Both the position numbers and the translations under genes were made by a program. From Candidatus Omnitrophota bacterium (GTDB lineage Bacteria; Omnitrophota; Gorgyraeia; Gygaellales; Profunditerraquicolaceae), in the NCBI GenBank assembly GCA_016867115.1, contig VGKG01000002.1, positions 6,449 to 70,448 of the forward strand: a stretch of DNA of 64,000 nucleotides, written 5' to 3'. This document shows, piece by piece, positions 1 to 11,189 of this stretch. The stretch's first letter is position 1; every line of letters begins with the position of its first letter. The notes under the pieces were generated by a model. It did not search any database and was not told the DNA's origin. It saw nothing but the letters and a program-made list of their open reading frames with translations.

Positions 1-405
1 GGTAAGCCGATTTCCGAGCTTCAGCAACAGAGAAGAAGTTTAGGGGAGGAATTTGACGTAAAGTTATTTTGTCTGAACAGAAAGCGTGGTAAGCTTTATC
101 AGCGCATTGATCAGCGCGTAGACAGGATGTTCAAGCTGGGGCTGGAAAAAGAAGTCAAGAGGCTCCTTAAACATAGATTAAGCCGGACCGCCTCTTATGC
201 TATCGGGTTCCGGGAGTTAAAGGGTTACTTTGACGGCCAATACAGTCTTGAAGAAGCAAAGCGCCTGATCAAGAGGAATAGCCGCATGTATGCCAAGCGC
301 CAGCTTACCTGGTTCAGGAAGGACAAGCGCATAAATTGGATCAATTTAAGCGAGAGGGATAAGCCGAAAGAGGCTGCAAACTTACTGTGGAAAAAGCTCT
401 CTTAG
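1..405 (+). CDS. miaA: tRNA dimethylallyltransferase MiaA, C-terminal part (5' end lies outside the window)
   Basis: Frame 1 is open from base 1 to TAG at 403-405 (…[23 protein letters not shown]…[13 protein letters not shown]…), matching the conserved C-terminal region of MiaA. It is followed by hflX, as in the classic miaA-(hfq)-hflX arrangement. Confidence 0.75.
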   Translation, partial: GKPISELQQQRRSLGEEFDVKLFCLNRKRGKLYQRIDQRVDRMFKLGLEKEVKRLLKHRLSRTASYAIGFRELKGYFDGQYSLEEAKRLIKRNSRMYAKRQLTWFRKDKRINWINLSERDKPKEAANLLWKKLS

Positions 406-1646
406 TCACCGTAAAACTGAAATCCGGACTTAACCGCTGGCGCATGGAAGATATAGCCTATGAGCTGGAAGAATTGGCGGGGACTGCCGGGGTTGAGGTA
501 TTGGATTGTATAAGCTGTATCTGCGAAAAACCCACCCCTAACTTTTTTATCGGCAGGGGCAAGGTCGAAGAGCTGGCAGTGCTTGCCCAGGAATTAGGCG
601 CAGATACCCTGATCTTCAGCCTTGACCTCTCCGGCACCCAGCAGCGCAATCTTGAGGAGCTCCTTGGCAGGAAGACCATTGACCGCACGCAGCTTATCCT
701 CGATATTTTTGCCAAACACGCCCATAGCCCCGAGGGGAAAGCGCAGGTAGAGCTGGCACAGCTGCAGTATCTTATGCCGCGTTTAGTCGGTAAGGGGATC
801 CTGCTTTCGCGCCTCGGCGGCGGCATCGGGACAAGAGGGCCGGGCGAGCAGAAGCTTGAGGTCGACCGCCGGCGCATCAGGAAACGCATCGACCACTTAA
901 AGAGCGAATTGCGCCACATGGCAGAACACCGCAAGGTCATGCGTAAGAGAAGGAAAGACAAGGCGCTTCCGGTTGCCGCCCTTGTCGGCTACACTAACGC
1001 GGGCAAATCCACGCTGATGAATGCTCTCAGCAATTCCGTCCAGACAGTCTCAGACGGGCTTTTCACCACCCTGGACCCGGTATTTAAGGGAATAAAACTG
1101 CCCAACGGAGAAAATATCGTGGTTTCCGATACAGTAGGGTTCCTGCATCAGCTTCCGCATCATCTGATCGAAGCTTTCAAAGCAACGCTGGAAGAGGTGG
1201 TAGAGGCGGATCTCTTGATCCATGTCTTGGATGCCTCGGCCCGGCGGGTATACGAACACCGCGACGCAGTTTTTTCGGTATTAAAGGAATTAGGCGCAGA
1301 TAAAAAGCCGGTCATTACCGCCTTAAATAAAATAGACCTGCTTGAAGACCAGATGTGGCTCTCCCGCTTAGGGGAAGATATGCTGAATCCGGTGGCTATC
1401 TCGGCAAAGTTCCGCGATAATCTCGATGCGCTGCTAAAAAAGATCCAGCAGGAGTTCAGCGGCCGTATGATAGACCTTGAGATAGTCATTCCCTTGACCC
1501 GGATGGACTTGGTAAATTTATTCCACCGGGAGGGGAAGGTAAAGCACATAGAGTATGACCATGATGGCATAAAAATCCGCCTAAGCCTACCCAAAATCCT
1601 CTATCATAACATCTTGCACAACAAAGATATAGTAATAGTCCGTTAG
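387..1646 (+). CDS. hflX: GTPase HflX
   Basis: 419 aa with the G1 motif GYTNAGKST and an N-terminal HflX domain. GTG start overlaps the miaA stop. Confidence 0.85.
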   Translation: MEKALLVTVKLKSGLNRWRMEDIAYELEELAGTAGVEVLDCISCICEKPTPNFFIGRGKVEELAVLAQELGADTLIFSLDLSGTQQRNLEELLGRKTIDRTQLILDIFAKHAHSPEGKAQVELAQLQYLMPRLVGKGILLSRLGGGIGTRGPGEQKLEVDRRRIRKRIDHLKSELRHMAEHRKVMRKRRKDKALPVAALVGYTNAGKSTLMNALSNSVQTVSDGLFTTLDPVFKGIKLPNGENIVVSDTVGFLHQLPHHLIEAFKATLEEVVEADLLIHVLDASARRVYEHRDAVFSVLKELGADKKPVITALNKIDLLEDQMWLSRLGEDMLNPVAISAKFRDNLDALLKKIQQEFSGRMIDLEIVIPLTRMDLVNLFHREGKVKHIEYDHDGIKIRLSLPKILYHNILHNKDIVIVR

Positions 1647-1674
1647 AATATCTAATAATTTTTATTAGTTTAAC

Positions 1675-1703
1675 TTGACAAAAAAATTATTATATGTTAT
1701 ATT
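1675..1703 (+). promoter_or_regulatory. Putative sigma70-type promoter (TTGACA, 17-nt spacer, TATATT) upstream of the HspR-like gene
   Basis: Exact TTGACA at 1675-1680, AT-rich -10 17 nt downstream, and position in the hflX/hspR-like gap. Confidence 0.3.
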
Positions 1704-1751
1704 TACCTTGGGTAGGAGAGAAAAGAGCTTCAGGAAAGTAGGCGGTGGCCA

Positions 1752-2012
1752 ATGCCATTATTTGACCTTCAGATCAGTGCGGATGAACCGGTTTATGTGA
1801 TCAGCGTGGTCAGTAAACTGCTGGACATGCCGGTCTGGACCCTGCGGCAGCTGGATAAGGCAGGGATTGTGCGTCCGAAGCGCATCGGAAAGAAGAGCCG
1901 CCTCTATTCCATGAAGGATATCCGCAGGCTTGAATACGTGCATTATTTGATGATCGAGAAACACGTGAATATCCATGGTATAAAGATAATTTTATTAAAG
2001 GAAGAAGGGTAA
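1752..2012 (+). CDS. MerR-family HTH regulator, HspR-like heat-shock repressor
   Basis: 86-aa protein with a MerR-type HTH (…YSMKDIRRLEYVHYLMIEK…). It sits directly upstream of clpB, the typical HspR context. Confidence 0.6.
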   Translation: MPLFDLQISADEPVYVISVVSKLLDMPVWTLRQLDKAGIVRPKRIGKKSRLYSMKDIRRLEYVHYLMIEKHVNIHGIKIILLKEEG

Positions 2013-2029
2013 TTTTTTTTGTATTTATT

Positions 2030-2056
2030 TTAGCACTCTAACTATGCGAGTGCCAA
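2030..2056 (+). promoter_or_regulatory. CIRCE operator (HrcA binding site) upstream of clpB
   Basis: TTAGCACTC-N9-GAGTGCcAA against the consensus TTAGCACTC-N9-GAGTGCTAA, immediately 5' of the clpB RBS. Confidence 0.8.
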
Positions 2057-2070
2057 CAAATGGAGGCAAG

Positions 2071-4722
2071 ATGAAATCGGATAAACTCACCGTAAGATTA
2101 CAGGAAGCGATCCAGGAGGCAGCGGAGCTGGCTAAGGATAGGGGTCAGCAGCAGGTCGAGCCGGAACATCTTCTTTATGCGTTGCTGCGCCAGGAAGAAA
2201 GTATTGTGGCCAGCGCGATGGATAGATCAGGCATCCCGACTTTTTCTGTTATCCGTTTATTGGAAAACGAATTGAAAAAGCTGCCGGTTGTCCGTGGCGA
2301 CAGCCGGATATTTTTCTCTGGCAGATTAAATCATCTTTTTCAGGCTGCGGCAAGAGAAGCAGAAGGCCTGAAAGACGACTTCATTTCCGGGGAGCATATC
2401 CTTCTTGCCGCTCTTTCTGATCCCGGGAATTCCCTGGCCGGGGAATTCCAGAAATCCGGGATTGACAGGGATAAAGTCTTGACTGCGCTTTCCGGGGTTC
2501 GGGGCAGCCAGCGCGTAACTGATGAGAACCCCGAAGAAAAGTTTAATGCCCTCCAAAAGTACGGCTTGGATCTTACCGAACAGGCCAGAAAGATGAAACT
2601 TGATCCGGTGATCGGCCGCGATAAGGAGATCCGCAGGCTCATGCAGGTTTTAAGCCGGCGCACCAAGAATAACCCGGTATTGTTCGGCGAAGCCGGGGTG
2701 GGAAAGACTGCGGTGGTAGAGGGCCTGGCGCAGCGGATCGCCTCAGGAGATGTGCCTGAAGGCCTGAGAGAAAAGAGGATCGTCTCCCTGGATATGGGGG
2801 CGTTAGTTGCCGGGACTAAATTCCGCGGGGAATTCGAAAACCGCTTAAAAGCAGTACTGAAAGAGATCCAGGCTCAGGACGGAAAGATAATCCTTTTTAT
2901 CGATGAGCTGCATGTCATAGTCGGGGCGGGCGCAGCTGAAGGCGCGATCGACGCTTCTAATATGCTTAAGCCCCTCCTTGCCCGCGGTGCCCTGCGCTGT
3001 ATCGGAGCAACCACCCTCGATGAGTACCGAAGATACATCGAAAAAGACAGCGCCCTTGAGCGCAGGTTCCAGCCGGTATACATCGATGAACCGGATATCC
3101 AGGATACTATCGCTATTTTGCGCGGCCTGAAAGAGAAATACGAAGTACACCACGGAGTGCGCATCAGGGATTCAGCTCTGATCGCCGCAGCCACGCATTC
3201 TTTGCGCTACATAGCTGACCGGCACCTGCCGGATAAGGCAGTGGACCTGATTGATGAAGCAGCCAGCCGGCTGCGGCTTGAGATAGACAGCCTTCCGGCT
3301 GACATCGACAATGTGCAGCGCAGGATAATCCAGCTTGAGATAGAGCGCCAGGCCCTGAAAAAAGAAAAAGACAAGGTCTCCCTTGAGCGCCTTAAAAAAA
3401 TAGAAGAAGAGCTGGATATCCTGAAGAAATCCCTCGGACAAAAGATGAAACAGTGGGAGAACGAGAAGGCGGTGATCTTCAAGATCAAAGAAGCGAAGGA
3501 AAAGATCGAAGAGCTTAAGAATGAAGCAGCCTACGCGGAGAAGGCAGGGGACCTGGATAAGGCTGCCCAGTTCAAGTACGGCCTGCTGGTGGAAGAAGAA
3601 AAAAAGCTAAAAGACTCTCAGTCAGAATTAGACAGACTGCAAAAAAATTCAGGCATGCTGCGCCAGGAGGTCGGTGATGAAGATATTGCGCGGGTCATCT
3701 CTGAATGGACCGGGATCCCCCTGACAAAGCTTCTTGAGTCTGAGACCGAAAAACTTCTTTTGATGGAAGAGGAGTTAAAAAAGAAGGTCGTCGGCCAGGA
3801 TGAGGCGATCGAGGCGATCTCTAACTGTGTGCGCAGAGGGCGCTCTGGCTTAGGGGATGAATCCCGGCCGATGGGCGCTTTTATCTTTATGGGCCCTACC
3901 GGAGTGGGTAAAACTAAGCTCGCCAAAGCCCTGGCAGGATTCCTCTTTGACGATGAAGAGGCTTTGGTGCGGCTGGATATGTCCGAATATATGGAGAAGT
4001 TTAGCGTTTCCCGTCTTATCGGCGCTCCGCCCGGCTATGTGGGTTATGAAGAGGCAGGTCAGCTTACGGAGAAGATCCGCCGCAGGCCCTACGCCGTGAT
4101 CCTGCTGGATGAGATCGAGAAGGCGCATCCGGATGTCTTTAACATCCTGCTTCAGATCATGGATGACGGCAGGCTGACAGACAGTCAGGGCCGCACAGTA
4201 AACTTTAAGAATACGCTGCTGATCATGACCTCTAACATCGGAGCGGAGATCATCCAGCAGTACGGCTCTATCGGATTCTCCCGCTCAATAACTAATAAAT
4301 CTAGCGGGATCCCGCCGGAGGCGGGAAGGCCGGTTAAAGGAGAGGCGGCTTTTAAGGAAGTGAGGAGTCAGCTCCTGGATGAGGCGCGCAAGTTCTTCCG
4401 CCCGGAATTCCTGAACCGGGTGGACGACATCATCGTGTTTAACCCTCTATCCAAGACTGAGATCAAGAAGATCGTAGAGATAGAACTAGTACCCCTGCAG
4501 CAGAAATTGACTCAGCAGGGAGTAGAACTTCAGGTCACGGCAAAGGCTAAGGAATTCCTCTCTGAAAGAGGGTTCGATGCCAATTACGGGGCCAGGCCCC
4601 TTAAGCGCACGCTCCAGAAATATATTCAGGATCCGCTTTCGCGGGGGCTGCTGGACGGCTCTCTGAGAGAGAAGAAGAAGGTTACTGCGGATATGGATAC
4701 GGATAAGATCATATTTAGGTAA
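2071..4722 (+). CDS. clpB: Chaperone ClpB (AAA+ disaggregase)
   Basis: Two nucleotide-binding domains ([18 protein letters not shown]), a long middle coiled-coil and the ClpB N-domain. The ATG at 2071 has a GGAGG RBS. The 2044 start in the ORF track overlaps the CIRCE site. Confidence 0.9.
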   Translation: MKSDKLTVRLQEAIQEAAELAKDRGQQQVEPEHLLYALLRQEESIVASAMDRSGIPTFSVIRLLENELKKLPVVRGDSRIFFSGRLNHLFQAAAREAEGLKDDFISGEHILLAALSDPGNSLAGEFQKSGIDRDKVLTALSGVRGSQRVTDENPEEKFNALQKYGLDLTEQARKMKLDPVIGRDKEIRRLMQVLSRRTKNNPVLFGEAGVGKTAVVEGLAQRIASGDVPEGLREKRIVSLDMGALVAGTKFRGEFENRLKAVLKEIQAQDGKIILFIDELHVIVGAGAAEGAIDASNMLKPLLARGALRCIGATTLDEYRRYIEKDSALERRFQPVYIDEPDIQDTIAILRGLKEKYEVHHGVRIRDSALIAAATHSLRYIADRHLPDKAVDLIDEAASRLRLEIDSLPADIDNVQRRIIQLEIERQALKKEKDKVSLERLKKIEEELDILKKSLGQKMKQWENEKAVIFKIKEAKEKIEELKNEAAYAEKAGDLDKAAQFKYGLLVEEEKKLKDSQSELDRLQKNSGMLRQEVGDEDIARVISEWTGIPLTKLLESETEKLLLMEEELKKKVVGQDEAIEAISNCVRRGRSGLGDESRPMGAFIFMGPTGVGKTKLAKALAGFLFDDEEALVRLDMSEYMEKFSVSRLIGAPPGYVGYEEAGQLTEKIRRRPYAVILLDEIEKAHPDVFNILLQIMDDGRLTDSQGRTVNFKNTLLIMTSNIGAEIIQQYGSIGFSRSITNKSSGIPPEAGRPVKGEAAFKEVRSQLLDEARKFFRPEFLNRVDDIIVFNPLSKTEIKKIVEIELVPLQQKLTQQGVELQVTAKAKEFLSERGFDANYGARPLKRTLQKYIQDPLSRGLLDGSLREKKKVTADMDTDKIIFR

Positions 4723-4730
4723 TGAATGAT

Positions 4731-4758
4731 TTGACAATACTTTGATTTGTGTTAAAAT
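4731..4758 (+). promoter_or_regulatory. Putative sigma70 promoter (TTGACA, 16 nt, TAAAAT) of the hrcA operon
   Basis: Exact -35 hexamer and good -10, immediately 5' of the second CIRCE. Confidence 0.45.
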
Positions 4759-4764
4759 TACCCT

Positions 4765-4791
4765 TTAGCACTCTCACCTTGAGAATGCTAA
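4765..4791 (+). promoter_or_regulatory. CIRCE operator upstream of hrcA-grpE-dnaK-dnaJ
   Basis: TTAGCACTC-N9-GAaTGCTAA, one mismatch to the consensus. Confidence 0.75.
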
Positions 4792-4804
4792 CCGGAGGTA
4801 ACCT

Positions 4805-5545
4805 ATGGTAAGAACAGTCGATTACGAATCCAGAAGAAGATCGGTGCTGGCTGCGGCGATCAATAAGTATATCCAGAGCGCGACACCCGTGGCGTCCGAA
4901 GATATTGCCGCCGGATTTAACGTCAGTTCTGCCACCATCCGCAACATCTTCTCTGAGCTGGAGGAGGCAGGGCTCCTGACCCACCCTTATACCTCAGGCG
5001 GCAGGATCCCGACCAACAAAGGGTACCGTTATTACGTGGACCTCCTGCTTTCGAAGATGAAGCTGCTTGAAGATGAAAAGGGCCGCATCGTCAAAGAGTA
5101 TAAGAAAGAGCTCAAGCGCCTTGAGGATGCGCTGGAAGAGACTTCGGGGATCATCTCCCGGATCACGCATTACGCGGGGATCGTCTCCTTCCTTGACTGG
5201 CAGGATAAGTTCTTTTACCGGGGGATCAGCCATATCCTAGAGATGCCGGAGTTCAGCGATTCCCGGCACATCCGCACCCTGATCAGGATGATCGAGGATA
5301 AAGAGAGGCTGCTGGATATCATCAACCGGGATTTCAGCGGCAAAGTGAAGGTCTACATAGGCAGGGAGCTTGAATGCCCGGAGATGGAGAACTGCTCTTT
5401 GGTAGTCTCGCAGTACCGTTTTAAACAGAGGCCTTCGGGAAGGCTTGCGGTATTAGGCCCGGTGCGCATGGAGTATGAGCATATCATCCCGGCTGTGGAG
5501 TATATTTCGGATGTACTGTCGGATGTTTTAGAGGCGTTCATTTAG
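4805..5545 (+). CDS. hrcA: Heat-inducible transcription repressor HrcA (short form, 246 aa)
   Basis: N-terminal winged-helix region (…ATPVASEDIA…SSATIRNIFSELEEAGLLTHPYTSGGRIPTNKGYRYY…) typical of HrcA. It heads a grpE-dnaK-dnaJ operon behind a CIRCE site. Confidence 0.85.
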   Translation: MVRTVDYESRRRSVLAAAINKYIQSATPVASEDIAAGFNVSSATIRNIFSELEEAGLLTHPYTSGGRIPTNKGYRYYVDLLLSKMKLLEDEKGRIVKEYKKELKRLEDALEETSGIISRITHYAGIVSFLDWQDKFFYRGISHILEMPEFSDSRHIRTLIRMIEDKERLLDIINRDFSGKVKVYIGRELECPEMENCSLVVSQYRFKQRPSGRLAVLGPVRMEYEHIIPAVEYISDVLSDVLEAFI

Positions 5546-5551
5546 TTTGGG

Positions 5552-6061
5552 GTGGAAGCGATGGAAAAGAAAGAGGAGAAGGCCGTAACGCTCAAAGAGT
5601 CCGAATACCTGAAATTGAAAGAAGGGGCGGATAAGGCCGGGGATTACTGGGACAGGTTGTTGCGCACTCAAGCGGATTTCGAGAATATGCGTAAGCGCCT
5701 GGAAAAAGAAAAACAGGATTTTGTGAAGTTCGCCAATGAAGGGATCATCCTTGAGCTCTTAAACATCCTGGATGACCTTGAGCGTACGGTGAATCTCGCT
5801 GAAACGCATAAGCAGGATCCGGAAGCTTTCTTAAAAGGGGTAGAGATGATCCTGGCGCACCTTTACGATATGCTGAAGGCTTACGGAGTAAAACCAATCG
5901 AGGCAGAGGACAAGGTATTTGACCCGCATTATCACGAAGCGCTGATGCAGGTCGAGGATAAGGGGAAGCCGGAACACACAGTAGTTGAAGAGTTGCAAAA
6001 AGGATATATGTTAAACGACAGAGTGATCAGGACAGCGAAGGTAAAGGTGTCAAAGAAGTAA
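5552..6061 (+). CDS. grpE: Nucleotide exchange factor GrpE
   Basis: [13 protein letters not shown] motif, 169 aa, between hrcA and dnaK. Confidence 0.85.
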   Translation: MEAMEKKEEKAVTLKESEYLKLKEGADKAGDYWDRLLRTQADFENMRKRLEKEKQDFVKFANEGIILELLNILDDLERTVNLAETHKQDPEAFLKGVEMILAHLYDMLKAYGVKPIEAEDKVFDPHYHEALMQVEDKGKPEHTVVEELQKGYMLNDRVIRTAKVKVSKK

Positions 6062-6126
6062 CCCCCTCGTCCCGCAAAACGGGACTCGGGGTGGAATTTT
6101 CGGAATGGAGGAAAGGAGAAATTTCA

Positions 6127-8055
6127 ATGGCAAAAGTTATCGGGATCGATTTAGGGACTTCAAACTCAGCAGCAGCGACTATGGAAGGCGGACGTCCGGC
6201 GATCATTCCTTCTGCAGAGGGAGCGGGCGTTGCTTCGGGTAAGGCCTTTCCGTCTTACGTGGCTTTCACCAAGGAAGGCCAGCGTCTGGTCGGCGAACCG
6301 GCAAGGCGCCAGGCAGCCATAAACCCGGAAGGGACCATCCAGGCAGCCAAGCGCAAGATGGGTACGGACTACAAATACAAGATTTTCGGCAAAGAGTATA
6401 CCCCGCAGCAGATCTCGGCGTTCATATTGCAAAAGATCAAGCAGGATGCGGAAGGCTATTTGGGGGATAAGGTCGAAGAAGCGGTGATTACCTGCCCTGC
6501 TTATTTTGACGACAACCAGAGGACCGCCACCAAGGACGCCGGAGAGATCGCAGGATTCAAGGTCTTACGTATCATCAATGAGCCGACAGCAGCCTGCCTT
6601 GCTTATGGCCTGGAAAAAGCCGGGAAGGAATTAAAGATCCTGGTCTTTGACTTCGGCGGCGGCACGCTTGACGTCACCATCATGGAGATGTGGAAGGAAG
6701 GCGGTTTTAAGGTCATGGCTACCAGCGGCGATACGCAGCTTGGCGGCACTGACATGGACAATACGCTGATAGATTACATCGCCAAACAGTTCATGCGCGA
6801 TACCGGGATTGACCTAAAGAACGACAAGATGGCCATGCAGCGGCTGCGCGAAGCGGCGGAAAAAGCAAAGGTCGAGCTTTCAAGCACGCTGACTACGGAT
6901 ATAAACTTGCCTTTTATTACCGCGGATGCCACCGGCCCGAAGCACCTGACCATGTCCATTAACCGCGCAAAAATCGAGGAGCTGGTCTCCCCGATCATCG
7001 ACAGATGCCGCGGCCCGTTAGAGCAGGCTCTCCGGGATGCCAAGTCCTCCTTTGAAAAAGAAGGCGTGAGTTTCTCCGGGGCACAAGACGTGGATAAGAT
7101 CATCATGGTCGGCGGGCCTACGCGTATGCCTATCGTGCAGAAGTTTGTGGAGGATTACCTGGGCAAGAAGATAGAGCGCGGGGTTGATCCTATGGAGTGC
7201 GTGGCTTTGGGTGCCGCGATACAGGCCGCGATCATCAAAGGCGAGGTAAAGGATGTCCTGCTTCTTGATGTCACTCCGCTTTCACTGGGTATTGAGACTC
7301 TCGGCGGGGTGAATACCAAGCTGATCGAAAGGAACACCACTATCCCTACCCGCAAGAGCCAGATCTTTTCTACGGCCGGGGATAATCAGACTGCAGTCAC
7401 TATCCGGGTCTTGCAGGGTGAGCGGCAGATGGCAGACGACAACGTGGAGTTAGGCAGGTTTGACCTGGTAGGGATCCCGCCTGCGCCGCGCGGAGTGCCG
7501 CAGATAGAGGTGACCTTTGATATTGACGCAAACGGCATAGTGCACGTCTCAGCCAAGGACCTGGGCACAGGCAAGGAGCAGTCGATCCGCATCACCGCGC
7601 CCAAGAAACTCTCAAAAGATGAGATCGATAAGATGGTCAGGGACGCGGAGAAGTTCGCCGCGGAAGATAGCAAAAGAAAAGAAGAGGTCGAGGCCATCAA
7701 TCAGGCGGATAACCTGGTCTATGCCACGGAAAAATCCCTGAAAGATTTCGGCGATAAGGTATCGCAGGCTGACCGCGCCAATATCGAGGGAGCGATCAAT
7801 GACCTTAAGGCTGCGATAAAGGATAAAAATATCGACCGCATCAAAAAGGGCATGGAAGACCTGTCTAAGGCTTCGCACAAATTGGCCGAAGAGGTCTACA
7901 AGCAGTCCACGGCTAAGCAAAAACAAGGTGAGGCCGGAGGCGCCCCGGGTCCGCAACAGCAGGAAGAGCCAAAGCCCGAGGAGGGAAAGAAGAAGAGGGA
8001 TGATGTGATCGATGCGGAATACAAGGAAGAGGACGATAAAGACAGTAGGCAGTAG
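6127..8055 (+). CDS. dnaK: Chaperone DnaK (Hsp70)
   Basis: [10 protein letters not shown]…, DLGGGTFD-like and linker motifs; 642 aa from the MAKVIG start. Confidence 0.95.
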   Translation: MAKVIGIDLGTSNSAAATMEGGRPAIIPSAEGAGVASGKAFPSYVAFTKEGQRLVGEPARRQAAINPEGTIQAAKRKMGTDYKYKIFGKEYTPQQISAFILQKIKQDAEGYLGDKVEEAVITCPAYFDDNQRTATKDAGEIAGFKVLRIINEPTAACLAYGLEKAGKELKILVFDFGGGTLDVTIMEMWKEGGFKVMATSGDTQLGGTDMDNTLIDYIAKQFMRDTGIDLKNDKMAMQRLREAAEKAKVELSSTLTTDINLPFITADATGPKHLTMSINRAKIEELVSPIIDRCRGPLEQALRDAKSSFEKEGVSFSGAQDVDKIIMVGGPTRMPIVQKFVEDYLGKKIERGVDPMECVALGAAIQAAIIKGEVKDVLLLDVTPLSLGIETLGGVNTKLIERNTTIPTRKSQIFSTAGDNQTAVTIRVLQGERQMADDNVELGRFDLVGIPPAPRGVPQIEVTFDIDANGIVHVSAKDLGTGKEQSIRITAPKKLSKDEIDKMVRDAEKFAAEDSKRKEEVEAINQADNLVYATEKSLKDFGDKVSQADRANIEGAINDLKAAIKDKNIDRIKKGMEDLSKASHKLAEEVYKQSTAKQKQGEAGGAPGPQQQEEPKPEEGKKKRDDVIDAEYKEEDDKDSRQ

Positions 8056-8068
8056 TTAGCAGTTAGGT

Positions 8069-9226
8069 ATGAGCACAAAGCGAGACTATTACGAGATTCT
8101 TGGGGTAAGAAAAAGCGCCAGCCTTGAAGAGATCAAGAAGGCTTACCGGGAGCTGGCCTTGCGCTACCACCCTGACCGCGTGCCTGCCGAGCAGAAGAAG
8201 GAAGCCGAGGAGAAGTTCAAGGAAGTCTCCGAGGCCTACGCGGTATTGTCAGATGCCCAGAAGCGCGCCCTCTATGACCAGTACGGCCATTCCGGGATTG
8301 ACCAAAAGTATGCTTACGAGGATATCTTCAGGGGCGCGGATTTTAACAGTATCTTCCGCGACTTGGGGGATTTCGGTTTTGGCGGAGGCATCTTTGAAGA
8401 TATCTTTTCGGACCTCGGCTTTGATATCTCCGGCAGCCGTACCCGTAGCGGCGGGAGAGCGCGCAGGGGCCGTGACCTGGAGATCTCTGTCAGTATCAGC
8501 CTGGAAGAAGCGGCGCAGGGCGCGGAAAAAACGGTGACTGTGCCGCGTTATGAAGTCTGTTCTTCCTGCGGCGGAAGCGGGGCAAAGGCCGGCACGAAAA
8601 AGACGGCTTGCCCGCGTTGTAAAGGCAGCGGCCGGACTGTGGTCTCAAACGGCTTCTTTCAGTTAGCCCAGACCTGTTCTCAATGCCGGGGAGAGGGTTC
8701 CATAATCCAGACCCCCTGCCCTGACTGCCGAGGGGAAGGCAGGACAAAGGCTACGCACCGCATCAAGGTGAAGATCCCGGCAGGCGTAGATAACGGTTCG
8801 CAGTTAAGGATGCGCGGCGAAGGCGAAGCCGGCACTGCCGGAAGAGGAGATCTTTATGTATTGATCGAAGTCCGGCCCCATCCTGATTTCGAAAGGCACG
8901 GAAATGACCTTTTAACCGAAATATCGGTGAGCCTCTCTAAAGCGATCCTGGGAGCTGAGGTGGATGTGCCTACTTTAAGCGGCCATGTGAAGATGAAGAT
9001 CCCTGCCGGAACGCAAAGCGGGACAGTCTTTCGCCTTAGAGAAAAAGGCATCCCTGATGTGCATGGTAGGGGGACAGGCGATGAGCTGGTACGGGTGAAC
9101 GTTTCCATCCCCGGCCGCCTTAGCTCGGAACAGCGTAAACTGATTGAGGAGTTTGCCCGGCTCTCCGGAGAAGATACAAATAAAGCAAGCTTTACGGATA
9201 AGTTCAAAAAAGCATTTAACAAGTAG
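8069..9226 (+). CDS. dnaJ: Co-chaperone DnaJ
   Basis: J-domain ([12 protein letters not shown]), G/F region and four CxxCxGxG zinc-finger repeats. Confidence 0.95.
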   Translation: MSTKRDYYEILGVRKSASLEEIKKAYRELALRYHPDRVPAEQKKEAEEKFKEVSEAYAVLSDAQKRALYDQYGHSGIDQKYAYEDIFRGADFNSIFRDLGDFGFGGGIFEDIFSDLGFDISGSRTRSGGRARRGRDLEISVSISLEEAAQGAEKTVTVPRYEVCSSCGGSGAKAGTKKTACPRCKGSGRTVVSNGFFQLAQTCSQCRGEGSIIQTPCPDCRGEGRTKATHRIKVKIPAGVDNGSQLRMRGEGEAGTAGRGDLYVLIEVRPHPDFERHGNDLLTEISVSLSKAILGAEVDVPTLSGHVKMKIPAGTQSGTVFRLREKGIPDVHGRGTGDELVRVNVSIPGRLSSEQRKLIEEFARLSGEDTNKASFTDKFKKAFNK

Positions 9227-9242
9227 AAGGTAGAAGGAAGTT

Positions 9243-9297
9243 GCGTTTACCGTTTACCGTATCAACGGTACACTGTAAACGGTACACGGTAAACGGA
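9243..9297. repeat. Composite imperfect palindrome: 2x CGTTTAC, a central TACCGT-ATCA-ACGGTA palindrome, then 2x GTAAACGG
   Basis: Read directly from the sequence between dnaJ and the fmdB-like gene. No T-tract follows. Confidence 0.5.
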
Positions 9298-9321
9298 AGG
9301 TACAATTAACTAGGAGAGGAA

Positions 9322-9576
9322 ATGCCGAATTACGAATACGAATGCACGCATTGCAAACACAGGTTTGAGGCCTTTCAGAAGATAACCGATTCCCCTCTTG
9401 ATAAGTGCCCGAAGTGCCAGCATAAAGTAAAGCGTCTGATCGGCAGCGGTTCGGGGATAATCTTTAAGGGAAGGGGCTTTTACGCCACGGATTACCGCAA
9501 GGGAAACCCGCCTTCAAAACCGGCCTCCTGCCCTAAAGCTGATCAGGGCTGCGGCGGATGCCATCCTCATGACTAA
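9322..9576 (+). CDS. FmdB-family zinc-ribbon protein
   Basis: N-terminal CxxC…CxxC ribbon (YECTHCKHRFE…CPKCQHK), the FmdB putative regulatory family. Confidence 0.7.
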   Translation: MPNYEYECTHCKHRFEAFQKITDSPLDKCPKCQHKVKRLIGSGSGIIFKGRGFYATDYRKGNPPSKPASCPKADQGCGGCHPHD

Positions 9577-9922
9577 GACCCTGAAATACTGGTCTCCGGT
9601 TGCAATTTGTATTTCAATAATCTTTGTTGCCTCTTCTGTCCCTGGAAGCAATATCCCCATCCTCTTTCCCTGGCAGGATAATGCGTTCCATTTTACTATT
9701 TACCTGCTCTTGTGCATGTTTTTACGCCGTGCGCTGCTTAAAACGCTGCCCCGCATAAAGCCTGTTGAAGGCCTCATCTTAACAGTAGCGTTCGGGATTA
9801 TTTATGGTATAATCGATGAGTTACACCAGTCTTTTGTGCCTAATCGAAGCGCCTCTTTCGCTGACATCCTGATCGATAGCCTGGGCGCACTTACCGGGAG
9901 CCTGCTAGCTTGGCCAAGATAA
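9569..9922 (+). CDS. VanZ-family membrane protein
   Basis: Three TM segments and the VanZ signature …DELHQSFVPNRSASFADILIDSLGALTG…. Confidence 0.6.
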   Translation: MTKTLKYWSPVAICISIIFVASSVPGSNIPILFPWQDNAFHFTIYLLLCMFLRRALLKTLPRIKPVEGLILTVAFGIIYGIIDELHQSFVPNRSASFADILIDSLGALTGSLLAWPR

Positions 9923-11184
9923 AGCCTTTTCAGGCTGTCATTTACAATCCGGGGAAAGTCAAAGATATAGCGAAGGTCGTCTGCCCGCCTTACGACGTGG
10001 TCTCGCCCGAAGACCGCCAGCGTTACGCCAGGACCCATCCCAATAACCTGATCCATATCCTTTTAAGTAAAGAGGCGGCCGGACAGGATAAGTACAAATG
10101 CGCGGCCCGGTATTTTACCGAATGGCTTAAAGATGAGATCCTTATCCGGGACGAGCGTCCGGCAATATATTTCTACAGCCAGCAATACCTGGTTAAAGGC
10201 GAAAAAAAGACGCGCTTCGGATTCATTACACTCCTTAACCTTGATGACGCGCATTCTTCGGTCTTTAAGCATGAGCATACGCGTCTGGAAGCAAAGGAGG
10301 ACAGGCTTCGGCTGACCAGGGAGGTGAAGGCAAACCTGAGCCCCATATTCGTCGTCTTTAAGGATAAAAAACGCATCATTCAGCGCATCCAGGAACGCTT
10401 CCTGAATAAAGAGCCTTTTATTGATATCGTAAACAGCGAAGGCGTCGCTCATAAGGTCTGGAAGATCGATTCACCCCAAGAGATCGAGATTATCCGGTCA
10501 GGGATGTCGCAAGAGGACATCTATATCGCCGACGGCCATCACCGTTTCGAGGTCGCCTGCGCTTATCAGGAGGAGGCGCGCACCAGCCGCCGCAACCTGA
10601 CGGGCGAGGAGAACTTTAATTACGTCCTGACATACTTTACCAATACCGACCCGCGGGGCCTGGTGATCCTGCCTATACACCGTCTATTAAAATTGGGGGC
10701 GGGAAGCGTTTTTGAGGGATTTAAAGATCGCTTAAAAGAATATTTTGACCTGGAAGAGGTCAGGGATAAGCAGCGGTTTTTCTTCCTGATGCAGAAGGCC
10801 GGCCTCAATGAGCATCTGATCGGGATGTACAAGGGTAAAAAGTTCTGGCTCCTGCGTTTAAAAAATATAAGGGTCCTGGATGAACTGATGGCGGACAAGC
10901 CCAGGGAATACCGTCTGCTTGATGTGGCGATCCTGAACGCGATCGTATTCAGCAAGATCCTGCATGTGGACCTGCAGGATAAGGAATCACTCAGGTACAG
11001 CCCGGATGCCGAAGAGTTCATCTCGGCCTGCGATAATGACGATTCGCTGGTCGCTTTTTTCATGAATCCGGTAAAGATAGAACAGATCATCTCCGTGGCT
11101 GAGAAAAAAGAGCGGATGCCGCCCAAATCGACTTATTTTTATCCGAAAGTCTTATCTGGGCTGGTAATTAATAAGTTTGAATAA
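9910..11184 (+). CDS. DUF1015-domain protein
   Basis: 424 aa; the N-terminal …KPFQAVIYNP…VCPPYDVVS… is characteristic of DUF1015. TTG start overlaps the vanZ-like stop. Confidence 0.6.
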   Translation: MAKIKPFQAVIYNPGKVKDIAKVVCPPYDVVSPEDRQRYARTHPNNLIHILLSKEAAGQDKYKCAARYFTEWLKDEILIRDERPAIYFYSQQYLVKGEKKTRFGFITLLNLDDAHSSVFKHEHTRLEAKEDRLRLTREVKANLSPIFVVFKDKKRIIQRIQERFLNKEPFIDIVNSEGVAHKVWKIDSPQEIEIIRSGMSQEDIYIADGHHRFEVACAYQEEARTSRRNLTGEENFNYVLTYFTNTDPRGLVILPIHRLLKLGAGSVFEGFKDRLKEYFDLEEVRDKQRFFFLMQKAGLNEHLIGMYKGKKFWLLRLKNIRVLDELMADKPREYRLLDVAILNAIVFSKILHVDLQDKESLRYSPDAEEFISACDNDDSLVAFFMNPVKIEQIISVAEKKERMPPKSTYFYPKVLSGLVINKFE

Positions 11185-11189
11185 GCACG

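Noticed and set aside
2044-2070. Longer clpB start (MRVPTNGGK…)
   Set aside because: Overlaps the CIRCE operator. The ATG at 2071 has a proper GGAGG RBS.
8124-8537. 137-aa plus-strand ORF inside dnaJ
   Set aside because: Alternative frame within the dnaJ J-domain/GF region; Arg/Ser-rich and out of context.
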